Shown here piece by piece: positions 40,261 to 55,895 of a stretch of 64,000 nt of DNA. The translations under genes and the position numbers were made by a program. Every line of letters starts with the position of its first letter. Position 1 is the first letter of the stretch. The notes under the pieces are model-generated. The model saw only the letters and a list, made by a program, of their open reading frames with translations. It did no database searches and was not told the DNA's origin. The stretch comes from Eledone cirrhosa (lineage: Eukaryota). The DNA lies in the NCBI GenBank assembly GCA_964016885.1, contig OZ024741.1:316634001-316698000 (forward strand). The letters are read 5' to 3'.

Positions 40261-41529
40261 ACGATAGTACAAGATAGAGAATAGAATGTAGGAGATATAA
40301 TATAGACTGTAGAAGATAAACAGTCGAAGATAGATGTTAGATGATAGATGAGAGAAAATAGAGGAGAAAAGATAGTAGAATATAGACGGTAGAAGATAGA
40401 CAAGAGATGATAGATGGCAGGAGGTAGATGAGACAAGACGACGAGAGAAGATAAAAGGTAAACGAGAGATGATAGACAGTAGATAATAGATGAGAGATGA
40501 CAGACACTAGATGATAGATGAGGTATTATAGATGGTTAAAAATAGATGGTAGAAAATAGATGAGAGTCTTTCGACAGTAGAAGGTAAACCAGAGAAGATT
40601 GATGAGAGATGATAGACGGTAAAATATAGATGAGAGGAGATAGACGAGAGGAGATCGACGAGAGATGATAGCTGGTAAAAGATAGAGGGTTGAAGTTACG
40701 CAAGAGAAGATAGACGGTAGAATATAGATGAGAGATGATTGAGGAGAGATGGATTGTAGAAGATAGAGGAGAGAAGGTAGATATGGGTAGTTACGTAAGA
40801 AATGAAAGTAGAAGATAGACGAGAGATGATAGAAGGTAAAAGATTGATGAAAGAAAATAGAAGAAAGAAGTTGGGTGAGTGGTTATAGATGATAGAAGAT
40901 AGATGAGGGATGACTGATTATAGAAGACAGATGAGAGATGATAGACGGTAGAAGATACACGACAGAAGATGACAGTACAAGATAGACGAGAAAAATAGAC
41001 TGTAGAAGTTAAAGGGTTTAAGATAGACTAAAGAAGATAGACTGAAGGTAATAGACCGTAGAAGATAGATGAGAAAAGATAGATAAGAGATAATAAACGG
41101 TGGAAAATAAGCAGTAGAAGATAGCCAAGAGGAGATAGACCATAGAAGTTAGATGAGAGGAGATAGACCATAGAAGTTAGACGAGAGGAGATAGACTGTA
41201 GAAGATAGCCAAGAGGAGATAGACCATAGAAGTTAGACGAGAGGAGATAGACCGTAGAAGATAGCCAAGAGGAGATAGACCATAGAAGTTAGACGAGAGG
41301 AGATAGACCGTAGAAGATAGCCAAGAGGAGATAGACCGTAGAAAATAGCCGAGAGATTAAAGTCGGTAGAAATGGACAGTAGATAGACTAGAGAAGATAG
41401 TAAATAATAGACAGACGATTGACGAAAGAAGATGGACGGGAGATGACAGACAGTAGATGATACATGAGAGAGATAGACGAGAGAAGATAGTTGGTAGAAA
41501 TAGAGTGTAGAAGTAAGGCGATATAAGAT

Positions 41530-41740
41530 ATATTTCTTTATTAGCCACAAGGGCGCACAAGAAAAGGGGACAAAACAAGGACACATGCCGGGGTTTTTAC
41601 ATACAATTGTGTAAAAATATTGAAACAGACAAATTTAACAATCGAAATCCCCAATAGGGGGAGGCACCACAAGTGGGTTGTTTAATACCCCGTCGATAGA
41701 ACAACCCTCAACTTCAGGATAGAGAGTAGAACAGTGGTTC
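41530..41740 (-). mobile_element. 3'UTR fragment of a Tx1 relative of the element at 1-5315
   Basis: The minus strand shares CCTATTGGGGA and CCCTTGTGG.TAATAAAGAAA with 5170-5314. Confidence 0.75.
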
Positions 41741-41783
41741 TCAATCTTTTGCGAAGTGTCGTATTAAATAAACTAGGGTTCGG

Positions 41784-42150
41784 TGCCGGATAAAAAGACT
41801 TGATACGAGGGCCAGACTAAAAACACAAGATTTCTGTGCCGGATTAAAGATACGTGTGAGCAATGCCGGATAAAAGTCTCTAGGGATGAGTGCCGGGTTA
41901 AAGACGGTAGGCATATGTGACAGATTAAACAAACAAAAGATCAAAGCCGGATTAAAGACACTAGGGATAAGTGCCGGTTTAAAGACACTAGGGATAAGTG
42001 CCGGATTAAAAACACTAGGGATAAGTGCCGGATTAAAGACACTAGGGATAAGTGCCGGATTAAAGACACTAGGGATAAGTGCCGGATTAAAGACACTAGG
42101 GATAAGTGCCGAATTAAAAATAATACGGATTCAGGTTGGATTAAAAATTA
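41784..42150. repeat. 27-bp minisatellite GCCGGATTAAAGACACTAGGGATAAGT
   Basis: About 6 near-perfect copies at 41946-42115 with degenerate flanks. Confidence 0.92.
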
Positions 42151-45100
42151 TAGACAGTAGAAGTTAGGCGTTTGAAGATATATGTCAGAAGATAGACGAG
42201 AAATAAGATCGTAGTAGTAATATGGTAGAAGGTAGACGGTAGAACATAGACTGCAGCAGATAGATTGTAGAAGATAGACTGTAGAAGATAGACTGTAGGA
42301 GATAGACTGTAGGAGATAGACTTTAGATGATAGACTTTAGATGATAGACTTTAGAAGATACACGGTAGAAGATAGACTGTAGAAGATAGACAGTAGAAGA
42401 TAGACTTTAGAAGATAGACGGTAGAAGATAGACTGTAGAAGATAGACTGTAGATGATAGACTGTAGAAGATAGACTTTAGAAGATAGACGGTAGAAGATA
42501 GACTGTAGAAGATACATGCTAGAAGATAGACTGTAGAAAATAGACTGTAGATGATAGACTGTAGATGATAGACTGTAGATGATAAACTGTAGAAGATAGA
42601 CTGTAGAGGATAGACTAGATGATAGACTGTAGAAGATAGACTGTAGAAATTAGACTGTAGAAGATAGACAGTAGAAGATAGACTGTAGATGGTAGACTAG
42701 ATGATAGACTGTAGAAGATAGACGGTAAATGATAGATTGTAGAAGATAGACAGTTGATGATAGACTGTAGAAGATAGACTGTAGATGATAGACAGTACAT
42801 GATAGACTGTAGAAGATAGAGTGTAGAAGATAGACTAGATGATAGACTGTACATGATAGACTGTAGAAGAGAGACTGTAGAAAATAGACTGTAGAAGATA
42901 GACTGTAGAAGATAGACTGTAGATGATAGACTATAGATGAGAGACTGTAGATAATAGACTGTAGATGATAGACTGTAGATGATAGACTGTAGATTATAGA
43001 CTGTAGATGATAGACTGTATATAATAGACTGTAGATGATAGACTGTAGAAGATAGACTGTAGAAGATAGACAGTAGAAGATATACTCTAGATGATAGACG
43101 GTAGATGATACACTATTTAAAATAGACTGTAGAAGATAGACTGTAGAAGATAGACTTGTTGATAGGCTGTAGATGATAGACTAGATGATAGACTGCAGAA
43201 GATAGACTGTAGATGATAAACTATAGATGAGAGACTGTAGATGAGAGACTGTAGAAGATAGACTGTACTTGATAGACTGTAGATAATACACAGTAGAAAA
43301 TAGACTATAGACGATAGACTGTAGAAGATAGACTGTAGAAGATAGACTGTAGATGATAGACTGTAGAAGATAGACTGTAGATGATAGGCTGTAGATTATA
43401 GACTGTAGAAGATAGACTATAGAAGATGGACTGTAAAAGATAGACTGTACTTGATGGACTGTAGATGATAGACTGTAGATGGTAGACTGTAGAAAATAGA
43501 CTGTAGATGATAGACTGTAGAAGATACATTATAGAAGATAGACTGTAGAGGATAGACTGTAGAAGATAGACTGTAGATGATAGACTGTAGAAGATAGAAT
43601 GTAGATGATAGACTGTAGAAGATGGACTGTAGATGATAGACTGTAGATGATAGACTGTAGATGATAGACAGTACATGAGAGACGGTAGAAGATTGACTAG
43701 ATGGTAGACTGTAGTAGATAGACTAGATGATACACTGTAGATGATGGATTCTAAAAGTTAGACTGTACATGATAGACTGTAGAAGATACACTGTAGAAGA
43801 TAGACTGTAGTAGATAGACTTTAGAAGATAGACTGTAGATGATAGACTGTAGAAGATACATGCTAGAAAATAGACTGTAGATGATAGACTGTAGATGATA
43901 GAGTTTAGATGATAAACTGTAGAAGATAGACTGTAGAAGATAGACTAGATGATAGACTGTAGAAGATAGACTGTAGAAATTAGACTGTAGATGATAGACT
44001 TTAGAAGATAGAATGTAGAAGATAAACTGTAGAAGATAGACAGTAGAAGGTAGACTGTAGATGGTAGACTAGATGATAGACTGTTGAAGATAGAGTGTAG
44101 AAGATAGACTGTAGATGATAGACTGTAGATGATAGACTATAAGAGATAGACTGTAGATTATAGACTGTAGATGATAGACTGTAAGAGATAGACTGTAGAT
44201 GATAGACTGTAGCAGATAGACAATAGAAGACATACTGTAGATGCTAGAATGTAGATAATAGACGGTAGATGATAAACTGTAGAAGATAGACTGTAGATGA
44301 TGGACTGTAGATGATAGACTGTAGATAGACTGTAGATGATAGATTGTAGATAATAGACTGTAGATGATAGACTGTAGAAGATAGACAGTAGATGATACAC
44401 GGTAGAAGATAGACTGTAGATGATAGACTGTAGATGATATATGGTACATGATAGACTGTAGATGATAGAGTGTTGAAGATAGACAATAGAAGATAGACGG
44501 TAGATGATAGACAATAGAAGATAGACTGTAGATGATAGACTGTAGAAGATAGACTGTAGATGATAGACTATGGATAAGAGACTGTAGATGATAGACTGTA
44601 GATGATAGGCTGTAGATTATAGACTGTAGAAGATAGACTGTAGAAAATAGAATGTAGATGATAGACTGTAGAAGATAGACTGTAGATGATAGACTGTAGA
44701 TGATAGACTGTAGAAGATAGACTGTAGAAGATAGACTGTAGATGATAGACTGTAGAAGATAGTCTGTAGAAGATAGACTGTAGATGATAGACTGTAGATG
44801 ATAGACTGTAGAAGATAGACTGTAGAAGATAGACTGTAGATGATAGACTGTAGAAGATAGTCTGTAGAAGATAGACTGTAGATGATAGAATGTAGATGAT
44901 AGACTGTAGAAGATAGACTGTAGATGATAGACTGTAGAAGATAGTCTGTAGAAGATAGACTGTAGATGATAGACTGTAGATGATAGACTGTAGAAGATAG
45001 ACTGTAGAAGATAGACTGTAGATGATAGACTGTAGAAGATAGTCTGTAGAAGATAGACTGTAGATGATAGAATGTAGATGATAGACTGTAGAAGATAGAC

Positions 45101-45525
45101 TGCAGATGATAGACTGTAGAAGATAGTCTGTAGAAGATAGACTGTAGATGATAGACTGTAGATGATAGACTGTAGAAGATAGACTGTAGAAGATAGACTG
45201 TAGATGATAGACTGTAGAAGATAGTCTGTAGAAGATAGACTGTAGATGATAGAATGTAGATGATAGACTGTAGAAGATGGACTGTAGATGATATATGGCA
45301 CATGATGCACTGTAGAAAATACACTGTAGATGATAGACTGTAGAAGATAGACTGTAGAAGATAGATTATAGAAGATAGACGGTAGATAATTGACTGTAGA
45401 AGACTGACTGTAGAAGATAGACTGTAGATGATAGAATGTAGAAGATAGACTGTAGAAGATAGACTGTACATGATAGACTGAAGAAGATAGACTGTAAAAG
45501 ACATACAGCAGATGATAGACTGTAG

Positions 45526-46288
45526 ATAATAATAATGAAATATTGTCTACAGTTCTCAGGTGCACTACAACTCATCCAAAAGTGCATATATAGTACATAG
45601 GGTAATGTACAAACGTCAGTAAAATGAATAGTGCATGAGTCATGATATACACATGTGTGCATGTGTATGGAAGGGGGACATCAGGTGTAGTTTTGGTGTA
45701 TTTCGCGAAGCATTAGGGTTTTAACGGATGCAGTGTCTCGGCAGTTTGTTCCATGCTTCAGCAATTCTGAGTGTGAAAAAATGTTTCCGAAAGTCATGGG
45801 AGCTGTGCTGTTTTCTGATTTTGTAGGCATGTCCACGTGTGTTAGACACATGGAGATCAAATAGGTGCTCAGGGTTGTTGTTGGCGAGATGGTTAATAAC
45901 TTTGTGGGTGTTTACCAAGTCTATTACCAGATGTCGGAGCTTCAATGAATCCATGCCCAGGGAAGCAAGGCGTTCAGAGTATGATAGGTGTCTGATGGAG
46001 GGTTGTCGCTTGGTTGCACGTCTCTCAACAGTATCCAGGAGGTCAATGTTCTGAGCAAGATAGGGGTTCCAGACTGATGATGCGAATTCCAAGTGTGGTC
46101 GTACCATAGCTGTATAGAGTTTTAAATAGATGGCTGGAGAGAGTCTAACAAAGGCCTTGTTGAGTGATGCCAAGACACCCTCGGCCTTCTTGACAATCTT
46201 AGAGACATGCTTTGTACAACGCAAATTGCGGCTGACAGTAATGCACAGGTCACGTTCACAAGAGGACTTCTTGATATCAGTGTTGTGG
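45526..46288 (-). mobile_element. CR1-clade LINE 3' fragment, copy 1, in satellite
   Basis: ERDL..LYTAMVRPHLEFASSVWNPY..VERRATK..YSERL..TRGH..FFTLR..WNKLP, with an (ATT)n tail. Confidence 0.92.
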
Positions 46289-49200
46289 AGATGATAGACT
46301 AGATGATAGGCTGTAGATGATAGACTGTAGATGATAGACTGTAGATGATAGACTGTCTGTAGATGATACACGGTACATGATAGACTGCTGAAGATAGACT
46401 GTAGATGATAGACTAGATGATAGACTGTAGAAGATAGACTGTAGATGATAGACTGTAGATGATAGACTTGAGATGATAGACTGTAGATGATAGACTGTAG
46501 ATGATAGACTGTAGAAGATAGACTGTAGATGATAGACTGTACATGATAGACTGTAGAAGATAGACTGTAGATGATAGACTGTAGAAGATAGACTGTAGAT
46601 GATAGACTGTAGATGATACACGGTACATGATAGACTGCTGAAGATAGACTGTAGATGATAGACTGTAGATGATAGACTGTAGATGATAGATGGTACATGA
46701 TAGACTTTAGAAGATAGACTGTAGATGATAGACTGTAGATGATAGACTGTAGATGATAGACTGTAGATGATAGACTGTAGATGATAGACGGTACATGATA
46801 GACTTTAGAAGATAGACTGTAGATGATAGACTGTAGATGATAGACGGTACATGATAGACTTTAGAAGATAGACTGTAGATGATAGACTGTAGATGATAGA
46901 CTGTAGATGATAGACTGTAGATGATAGACGGTACATGATAGACTTTAGAAGATAGACTGTAGATGATAGACTGTTGATGATAGACTATAGATGAGAGACT
47001 GTAGATGATAGACTGTAGAAGATAGACTGTAGAAGATAGACTGTAGATGATAGACTGTAGATGATAGACTGTAGATGATAGACTGTAGAAGATAGACTGT
47101 AAATGATAGACTGTAGATGATAGACTGTAGAAGATAGACTGTAGAAGATAGACTGTAGATGATAGACTGTAGATGATAGACTGTAGATGATAGACTGTAG
47201 AAGATAGACTGTAAATGATAGACTGTAGATAATAAACTGTAGATGATAGACTGTAGAAGATAGATTAGATAATAGACTGTAGTAGATAGATAAGATAATA
47301 GACTGTACATGATAGACTGTAGAATATAGACTGTACATGATAGACTGTAGAAGATAGACTGTAGATGATAGACTGTAAAAGACATACTGTAGATGATAGA
47401 CTGTAGATGATAGACTAGATGATAGTCTGTATAAGATAGACTGTAGATGATAGACTGTATATGATATACTGTAGATGATATACTGTAGACAGCAGATGAT
47501 AGATTGTAGAGGATAGACTGTTTATGATACATGGTACATGAGACTCAGTAGATGATAGACTGTAGAAAATAGACTGTAGATCATAGACTATAGAAGATAG
47601 ACTGTAGAAGATAGACTGTAGATGATAGACTGTAGATGATAGACTTTAGATGATAGACTGTAGATGATAGACTGTAGATGATAGACTGTAGAAGATAGAC
47701 TGTAGATGATAGACTGTACATGATAGACTGTAGAAGATAGACTGTAGATGATAGACTGTAGAAGATAGACTGTAGATGATAGACTGTAGATGATACACGG
47801 TACATGATAGACTGCTGAAGATAGACTGTAGATGATAGACAGTACATGATAGACTGTAGAAGATAGAGTGTAGAAGATAGACTAGATGATAGACTGTACA
47901 TGATAGACTGTAGAAGAGAGACTGTAGAAAATAGACTGTAGAAGATAGACTGTAGAAGATAGACTGTAGATGATAGACTATAGATGAGAGACTGTAGATA
48001 ATAGACTGTAGATGATAGACTGTAGATGATAGACTGTAGATGATAGACTGTAGATGATAGACTGTATATAATAGACTGTAGATGATAGACTGTAGAAGAT
48101 AGACTGTAGAAGATAGACAGTAGAAGATATACTCTAGATGATAGACGGTAGATGATACACTATTTAAAATAGACTGTAGAAGATAGACTGTAGAAGATAG
48201 ACTTGTTGATAGGCTGTAGATGATAGACTAGATGATAGACTGCAGAAGATAGACTGTAGATGATAAACTATAGATGAGAGACTGTAGATGAGAGACTGTA
48301 GAAGATAGACTGTACTTGATAGACTGTAGATAATACACAGTAGAAAATAGACTATAGACGATAGACTGTAGAAGATAGACTGTAGAAGATAGACTGTAGA
48401 TGATAGACTGTAGAAGATAGACTGTAGATGATAGGCTGTAGATTATAGACTGTAGAAGATAGACTATAGAAGATGGACTGTAAAAGATAGACTGTACTTG
48501 ATGGACTGTAGATGATAGACTGTAGATGGTAGACTGTAGAAAATAGACTGTAGATGATAGACTGTAGAAGATACATTATAGAAGATAGACTGTAGAGGAT
48601 AGACTGTAGAAGATAGACTGTAGATGATAGACTGTAGAAGATGGACTGTAGATGATAGACTGTAGATGATAGACTGTAGATGATAGACAGTACATGAGAG
48701 ACGGTAGAAGATTGACTAGATGGTAGACTGTAGTAGATAGACTAGATGATACACTGTAGATGATGGATTCTAAAAGTTAGACTGTACATGATAGACTGTA
48801 GAAGATACACTGTAGAAGATAGACTGTAGTAGATAGACTTTAGAAGATAGACTGTAGATGATAGACTGTAGAAGATACATGCTAGAAAATAGACTGTAGA
48901 TGATAGACTGTAGATGATAGAGTTTAGATGATAAACTGTAGAAGATAGACTGTAGAAGATAGACTAGATGATAGACTGTAGAAGATAGACTGTAGAAATT
49001 AGACTGTAGATGATAGACTTTAGAAGATAGAATGTAGAAGATAAACTGTAGAAGATAGACAGTAGAAGGTAGACTGTAGATGGTAGACTAGATGATAGAC
49101 TGTTGAAGATAGAGTGTAGAAGATAGACTGTAGATGATAGACTGTAGATGATAGACTATAAGAGATAGACTGTAGATTATAGACTGTAGATGATAGACTG

Positions 49201-50586
49201 TAAGAGATAGACTGTAGATGATAGACTGTAGCAGATAGACAATAGAAGACATACTGTAGATGCTAGAATGTAGATAATAGACGGTAGATGATAAACTGTA
49301 GAAGATAGACTGTAGATGATGGACTGTAGATGATAGACTGTAGATAGACTGTAGATGATAGATTGTAGATAATAGACTGTAGATGATAGACTGTAGAAGA
49401 TAGACAGTAGATGATACACGGTAGAAGATAGACTGTAGATGATAGACTGTAGATGATATATGGTACATGATAGACTGTAGATGATAGAGTGTTGAAGATA
49501 GACAATAGAAGATAGACGGTAGATGATAGACAATAGAAGATAGACTGTAGATGATAGACTGTAGAAGATAGACTGTAGATGATAGACTATGGATAAGAGA
49601 CTGTAGATGATAGACTGTAGATGATAGGCTGTAGATTATAGACTGTAGAAGATAGACTGTAGAAAATAGAATGTAGATGATAGACTGTAGAAGATAGACT
49701 GTAGATGATAGACTGTAGATGATAGACTGTAGAAGATAGACTGTAGAAGATAGACTGTAGATGATAGACTGTAGAAGATAGTCTGTAGAAGATAGACTGT
49801 AGATGATAGACTGTAGATGATAGACTGTAGAAGATAGACTGTAGAAGATAGACTGTAGATGATAGACTGTAGAAGATAGTCTGTAGAAGATAGACTGTAG
49901 ATGATAGAATGTAGATGATAGACTGTAGAAGATAGACTGTAGATGATAGACTGTAGAAGATAGTCTGTAGAAGATAGACTGTAGATGATAGACTGTAGAT
50001 AATAGACTGTAGAAGATAGACTGTAGAAGATAGACTGTAGATGATAGACTGTAGAAGATAGTCTGTAGAAGATAGACTGTAGATGATAGAATGTAGATGA
50101 TAGACTGTAGAAGATAGACTGCAGATGATAGACTGTAGAAGATAGTCTGTAGAAGATAGACTGTAGATGATAGACTGTAGATGATAGACTGTAGAAGATA
50201 GACTGTAGAAGATAGACTGTAGATGATAGACTGTAGAAGATAGTCTGTAGAAGATAGACTGTAGATGATAGAATGTAGATGATAGACTGTAGAAGATAGA
50301 CTGTAGATGATAGGCTGTAGATGATAAACTGTAGAAGATGGACTGTAGATGATATATGGCACATGATGCACTGTAGAAAATACACTGTAGATGATAGACT
50401 GTAGAAGATAGACTGTAGAAGATAGATTATAGAAGATAGACGGTAGATAATTGACTGTAGAAGACTGACTGTAGAAGATAGACTGTAGATGATAGAATGT
50501 AGAAGATAGACTGTAGAAGATAGACTGTACATGATAGACTGAAGAAGATAGACTGTAAAAGACATACAGCAGATGATAGACTGTAG

Positions 50587-51349
50587 ATAATAATAATGAA
50601 ATATTGTCTACAGTTCTCAGGTGCACTACAACTCATCCAAAAGTGCATATATAGTACATAGGGTAATGTACAAACGTCAGTAAAATGAACAGTGCATGAG
50701 TCATGATATACACATGTGTGCATGTGTATGGAAGGGGGACATCAGGTGTAGTTTTGGTGTATTTCGCGAAGCATTAGGGTTTTAACGGATGCAGTGTCTC
50801 GGCAGTTTGTTCCATGCTTCAGCAATTCTGAGTGTGAAAAAATGTTTCCGAAAGTCATGGGAGCTGTGCTGTTTTCTGATTTTGTAGGCATGTCCACGTG
50901 TGTTAGACACATGGAGATCAAATAGGTGCTCAGGGTTGTTGTTGGCGAGATTGTTAATAACTTTGTGGGTGTTTACCAAGTCTATTACCAGATGTCGGAG
51001 CTTCAATGAATCCATGCCCAGGGAAGCAAGGCGTTCAGAGTATGATAGGTGTCTGATGGAGGGTTGTCGCTTGGTTGCACGTCTCTCAACAGTATCCAGG
51101 AGGTCAATGTTCTGAGCAAGATAGGGGTTCCAGACTGATGATGCGAATTCCAAGTGTGGTCGTACCATAGCTGTATAGAGTTTTAAATAGATGGCTGGAG
51201 AGAGTCTAACAAAGGCCTTGTTGAGTGATGCCAAGACACCCTCGGCCTTCTTGACAATCTTAGAGACATGCTTTGTACAACGCAAATTGCGGCTGACAGT
51301 AATGCACAGGTCACGTTCACAAGAGGACTTCTTGATATCAGTGTTGTGG
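50587..51349 (-). mobile_element. CR1-clade LINE 3' fragment, copy 2
   Basis: Same junctions as copy 1, offset 5061 bp. Confidence 0.92.
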
Positions 51350-54300
51350 AGATGATAGACTAGATGATAGGCTGTAGATGATAGACTGTAGATGATAGAC
51401 TGTAGATGATAGACTGTCTGTAGATGATACACGGTACATGATAGACTGCTGAAGATAGACTGTAGATGATAGACTAGATGATAGACTGTAGAAGATAGAC
51501 TGTAGATGATAGACTGTAGATGATAGACTTTAGATGATAGACTGTAGATGATAGACTGTAGATGATAGACTGTAGAAGATAGACTGTAGATGATAGACTG
51601 TACATGATAGACTGTAGAAGATAGACTGTAGATGATAGACTGTAGAAGATAGACTGTAGATGATAGACTGTAGAAGATAGACTGTAGATGATAGACTGTA
51701 GATGATACACGGTACATGATAGACTGCTGAAGATAGACTGTAGATGATAGACTGTAGATGATAGACTGTAGATGATAGACTTTAGATGATAGACTGTAGA
51801 TGATAGACTGTAGATGATAGACTGTAGAAGATAGACTGTAGATGATAGACTGTACATGATAGACTGTAGAAGATAGACTGTAGAAGATAGACTGTAGATG
51901 ATAGACTGTAGATGATACACGGTACATGATAGACTGCTGAAGATAGACTGTAGATGATAGACTGTAGATGATAGACTGTAGATGATAGATGGTACATGAT
52001 AGACTTTAGAAGATAGACTGTAGATGATAGACTGTAGATGATAGACGGTACATGATAGACTTTAGAAGATAGACTGTAGATGATAGACTGTAGATGATAG
52101 ACTGTAGATGATAGACTGTAGATGATAGACGGTACATGATAGACTTTAGAAGATAGACTGTAGATGATAGACTGTTGATGATAGACTATAGATGAGAGAC
52201 TGTAGATGATAGACTGTAGAAGATAGACTGTAGAAGATAGACTGTAGATGATAGACTGTAGATGATAGACTGTAGATGATAGACTGTAGAAGATAGACTG
52301 TAAATGATAGACTGTAGATGATAGACTGTAGAAGATAGACTGTAGAAGATAGACTGTAGATGATAGACTGTAGATGATAGACTGTAGATGATAGACTGTA
52401 GAAGATAGACTGTAAATGATAGACTGTAGATAATAAACTGTAGATGATAGACTGTAGAAGATAGATTAGATAATAGACTGTAGTAGATAGATAAGATAAT
52501 AGACTGTACATGATAGACTGTAGAATATAGACTGTACATGATAGACTGTAGAAGATAGACTGTAGATGATAGACTGTAAAAGACATACTGTAGATGATAG
52601 ACTGTAGATGATAGACTAGATGATAGTCTGTATAAGATAGACTGTAGATGATAGACTGTATATGATATACTGTAGATGATATACTGTAGACAGCAGATGA
52701 TAGATTGTAGAGGATAGACTGTTTATGATACATGGTACATGAGACTCAGTAGATGATAGACTGTAGAAAATAGACTGTAGATCATAGACTATAGAAGATA
52801 GACTGTAGAAGATAGACTGTAGATGATAGACTGTAGATGATAGACTTTAGATGATAGACTGTAGATGATAGACTGTAGATGATAGACTGTAGAAGATAGA
52901 CTGTAGATGATAGACTGTACATGATAGACTGTAGAAGATAGACTGTAGATGATAGACTGTAGAAGATAGACTGTAGATGATAGACTGTAGATGATACACG
53001 GTACATGATAGACTGCTGAAGATAGACTGTAGATGATAGACAGTACATGATAGACTGTAGAAGATAGAGTGTAGAAGATAGACTAGATGATAGACTGTAC
53101 ATGATAGACTGTAGAAGAGAGACTGTAGAAAATAGACTGTAGAAGATAGACTGTAGAAGATAGACTGTAGATGATAGACTATAGATGAGAGACTGTAGAT
53201 AATAGACTGTAGATGATAGACTGTAAATGATAGACTGTAGATGATAGACTGTAGATGATAGACTGTATATAATAGACTGTAGATGATAGACTGTAGAAGA
53301 TAGACTGTAGAAGATAGACAGTAGAAGATATACTCTAGATGATAGACGGTAGATGATACACTATTTAAAATAGACTGTAGAAGATAGACTGTAGAAGATA
53401 GACTTGTTGATACGCTGTAGATGATAGACTAGATGATAGACTGCAGAAGATAGACTGTAGATGATAAACTATAGATGAGAGACTGTAGATGAGAGACTGT
53501 AGAAGATAGACTGTACTTGATAGACTGTAGATAATACACAGTAGAAAATAGACTATAGACGATAGACTGTAGAAGATAGACTGTAGAAGATAGACTGTAG
53601 ATGATAGACTGTAGAAGATAGACTGTAGATGATAGACTGTAGATTATAGACTGTAGAAGATAGACTATAGAAGATGGACTGTAAAAGATAGACTGTACTT
53701 GATGGACTGTAGATGATAGACTGTAGATGGTAGACTGTAGAAAATAGACTGTAGATGATAGACTGTAGAAGATACATTATAGAAGATAGACTGTAGAGGA
53801 TAGACTGTAGAAGATAGACTGTAGATGATAGACTGTAGAAGATAGACTGTAGATGAGAGACTGTAGAAGATGGACTGTAGATGATAGACTGTAGATGATA
53901 GACTGTAGATGATAGACAGTACATGAGAGACGGTAGAAGATTGACTAGATGGTAGACTGTAGTAGATAGACTAGATGATACACTGTAGATGATGGATTCT
54001 AAAAGTTAGACTGTACATGATAGACTGTAGAAGATACACTGTAGAAGATAGACTGTAGTAGATAGACTTTAGAAGATAGACTGTAGATGATAGACTGTAG
54101 AAGATACATGCTAGAAAATAGACTGTACATGATAGACTGTAGATGATAGAGTTTAGATGATAAACTGTAGAAGATAGACTGTAGAAGATAGACTAGATGA
54201 TAGACTGTAGAAGATAGACTGTAGAAATTAGACTGTAGATGATAGACTTTAGAAGATAGAATGTAGAAGATAAACTGTAGAAGATAGACAGTAGAAGGTA

Positions 54301-55132
54301 GACTGTAGATGGTAGACTAGATGATAGACTGTTGAAGATAGAGTGTAGAAGATAGACTGTAGATGATAGACTGTAGATGATAGACTATAAGAGATAGACT
54401 GTAGATTATAGACTGTAGATGATAGACTGTAAGAGATAGACTGTAGATGATAGACTGTAGCAGATAGACAATAGAAGACATACTGTAGATGCTAGAATGT
54501 AGATAATAGACGGTAGATGATAAACTGTAGAAGATAGACTGTAGATGATGGACTGTAGATGATAGACTGTAGAAGATAGACTGTAGATGATAGACTGTAG
54601 AAGATAGTCTGTAGAAGATAGACTGTAGATGATAGAATGTAGATGATAGACTGTAGAAGATAGACTGCAGATGATAGACTGTAGAAGATAGTCTGTAGAA
54701 GATAGACTGTAGATGATAGACTGTAGATGATAGACTGTAGAAGATAGACTGTAGAAGATAGACTGTAGATGATAGACTGTAGAAGATAGTCTGTAGAAGA
54801 TAGACTGTAGATGATAGAATGTAGATGATAGACTGTAGAAGATAGACTGTAGATGATAGGCTGTAGATGATAAACTGTAGAAGATGGACTGTAGATGATA
54901 TATGGCACATGATGCACTGTAGAAAATACACTGTAGATGATAGACTGTAGAAGATAGACTGTAGAAGATAGATTATAGAAGATAGACGGTAGATAATTGA
55001 CTGTAGAAGACTGACTGTAGAAGATAGACTGTAGATGATAGAATGTAGAAGATAGACTGTAGAAGATAGACTGTACATGATAGACTGAAGAAGATAGACT
55101 GTAAAAGACATACAGCAGATGATAGACTGTAG

Positions 55133-55895
55133 ATAATAATAATGAAATATTGTCTACAGTTCTCAGGTGCACTACAACTCATCCAAAAGTGCATATATAG
55201 TACATAGGGTAATGTACAAACGTCAGTAAAATGAACAGTGCATGAGTCATGATATACACATGTGTGCATGTGTATGGAAGGGGGACATCAGGTGTAGTTT
55301 TGGTGTATTTCGCGAAGCATTAGCGTTTTAACGGATGCAGTGTCTCGGCAGTTTGTTCCATGCTTCAGCAATTCTGAGTGTGAAAAAATGTTTCCGAAAG
55401 TCATGGGAGCTGTGCTGTTTTCTGATTTTGTAGGCATGTCCACGTGTGTTAGACACATGGAGATCAAATAGGTGCTCAGGGTTGTTGTTGGCGAGATTGT
55501 TAATAACTTTGTGGGTGTTTACCAAGTCTATTACCAGATGTCGGAGCTTCAATGAATCCATGCCCAGGGAAGCAAGACGTTCAGAGTATGATAGGTGTCT
55601 GATGGAGGGTTGTCGCTTGGTTGCACGTCTCTCAACAGTATCCAGGAGGTCAATGTTCTGAGCAAGATAGGGGTTCCAGACTGATGATGCGAATTCCAAG
55701 TGTGGTCGTACCATAGCTGTATAGAGTTTTAAATAGATGGCTGGAGAGAGTCTAACAAAGGCCTTGTTGAGTGATGCCAAGACACCCTCGGCCTTCTTGA
55801 CAATCTTAGAGACATGCTTTGTACAACGCAAATTGCGGCTGACAGTAATGCACAGGTCACGTTCACAAGAGGACTTCTTGATATCAGTGTTGTGG
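55133..55895 (-). mobile_element. CR1-clade LINE 3' fragment, copy 3
   Basis: Same junctions, offset 4546 bp from copy 2. Confidence 0.92.

Noticed and set aside
37790-42150. CRISPR-like appearance of the 42-bp and 27-bp repeats
   Set aside because: There are no unique spacers and no cas genes, and the context is eukaryotic.
45721-46698. Apparent satellite-CR1 fusion proteins (also 50782-51927 and 55328-56725)
   Set aside because: Read-through from stop-free satellite into a truncated CR1 C-terminus that lacks the RT catalytic core. N-terminal lengths vary between copies.
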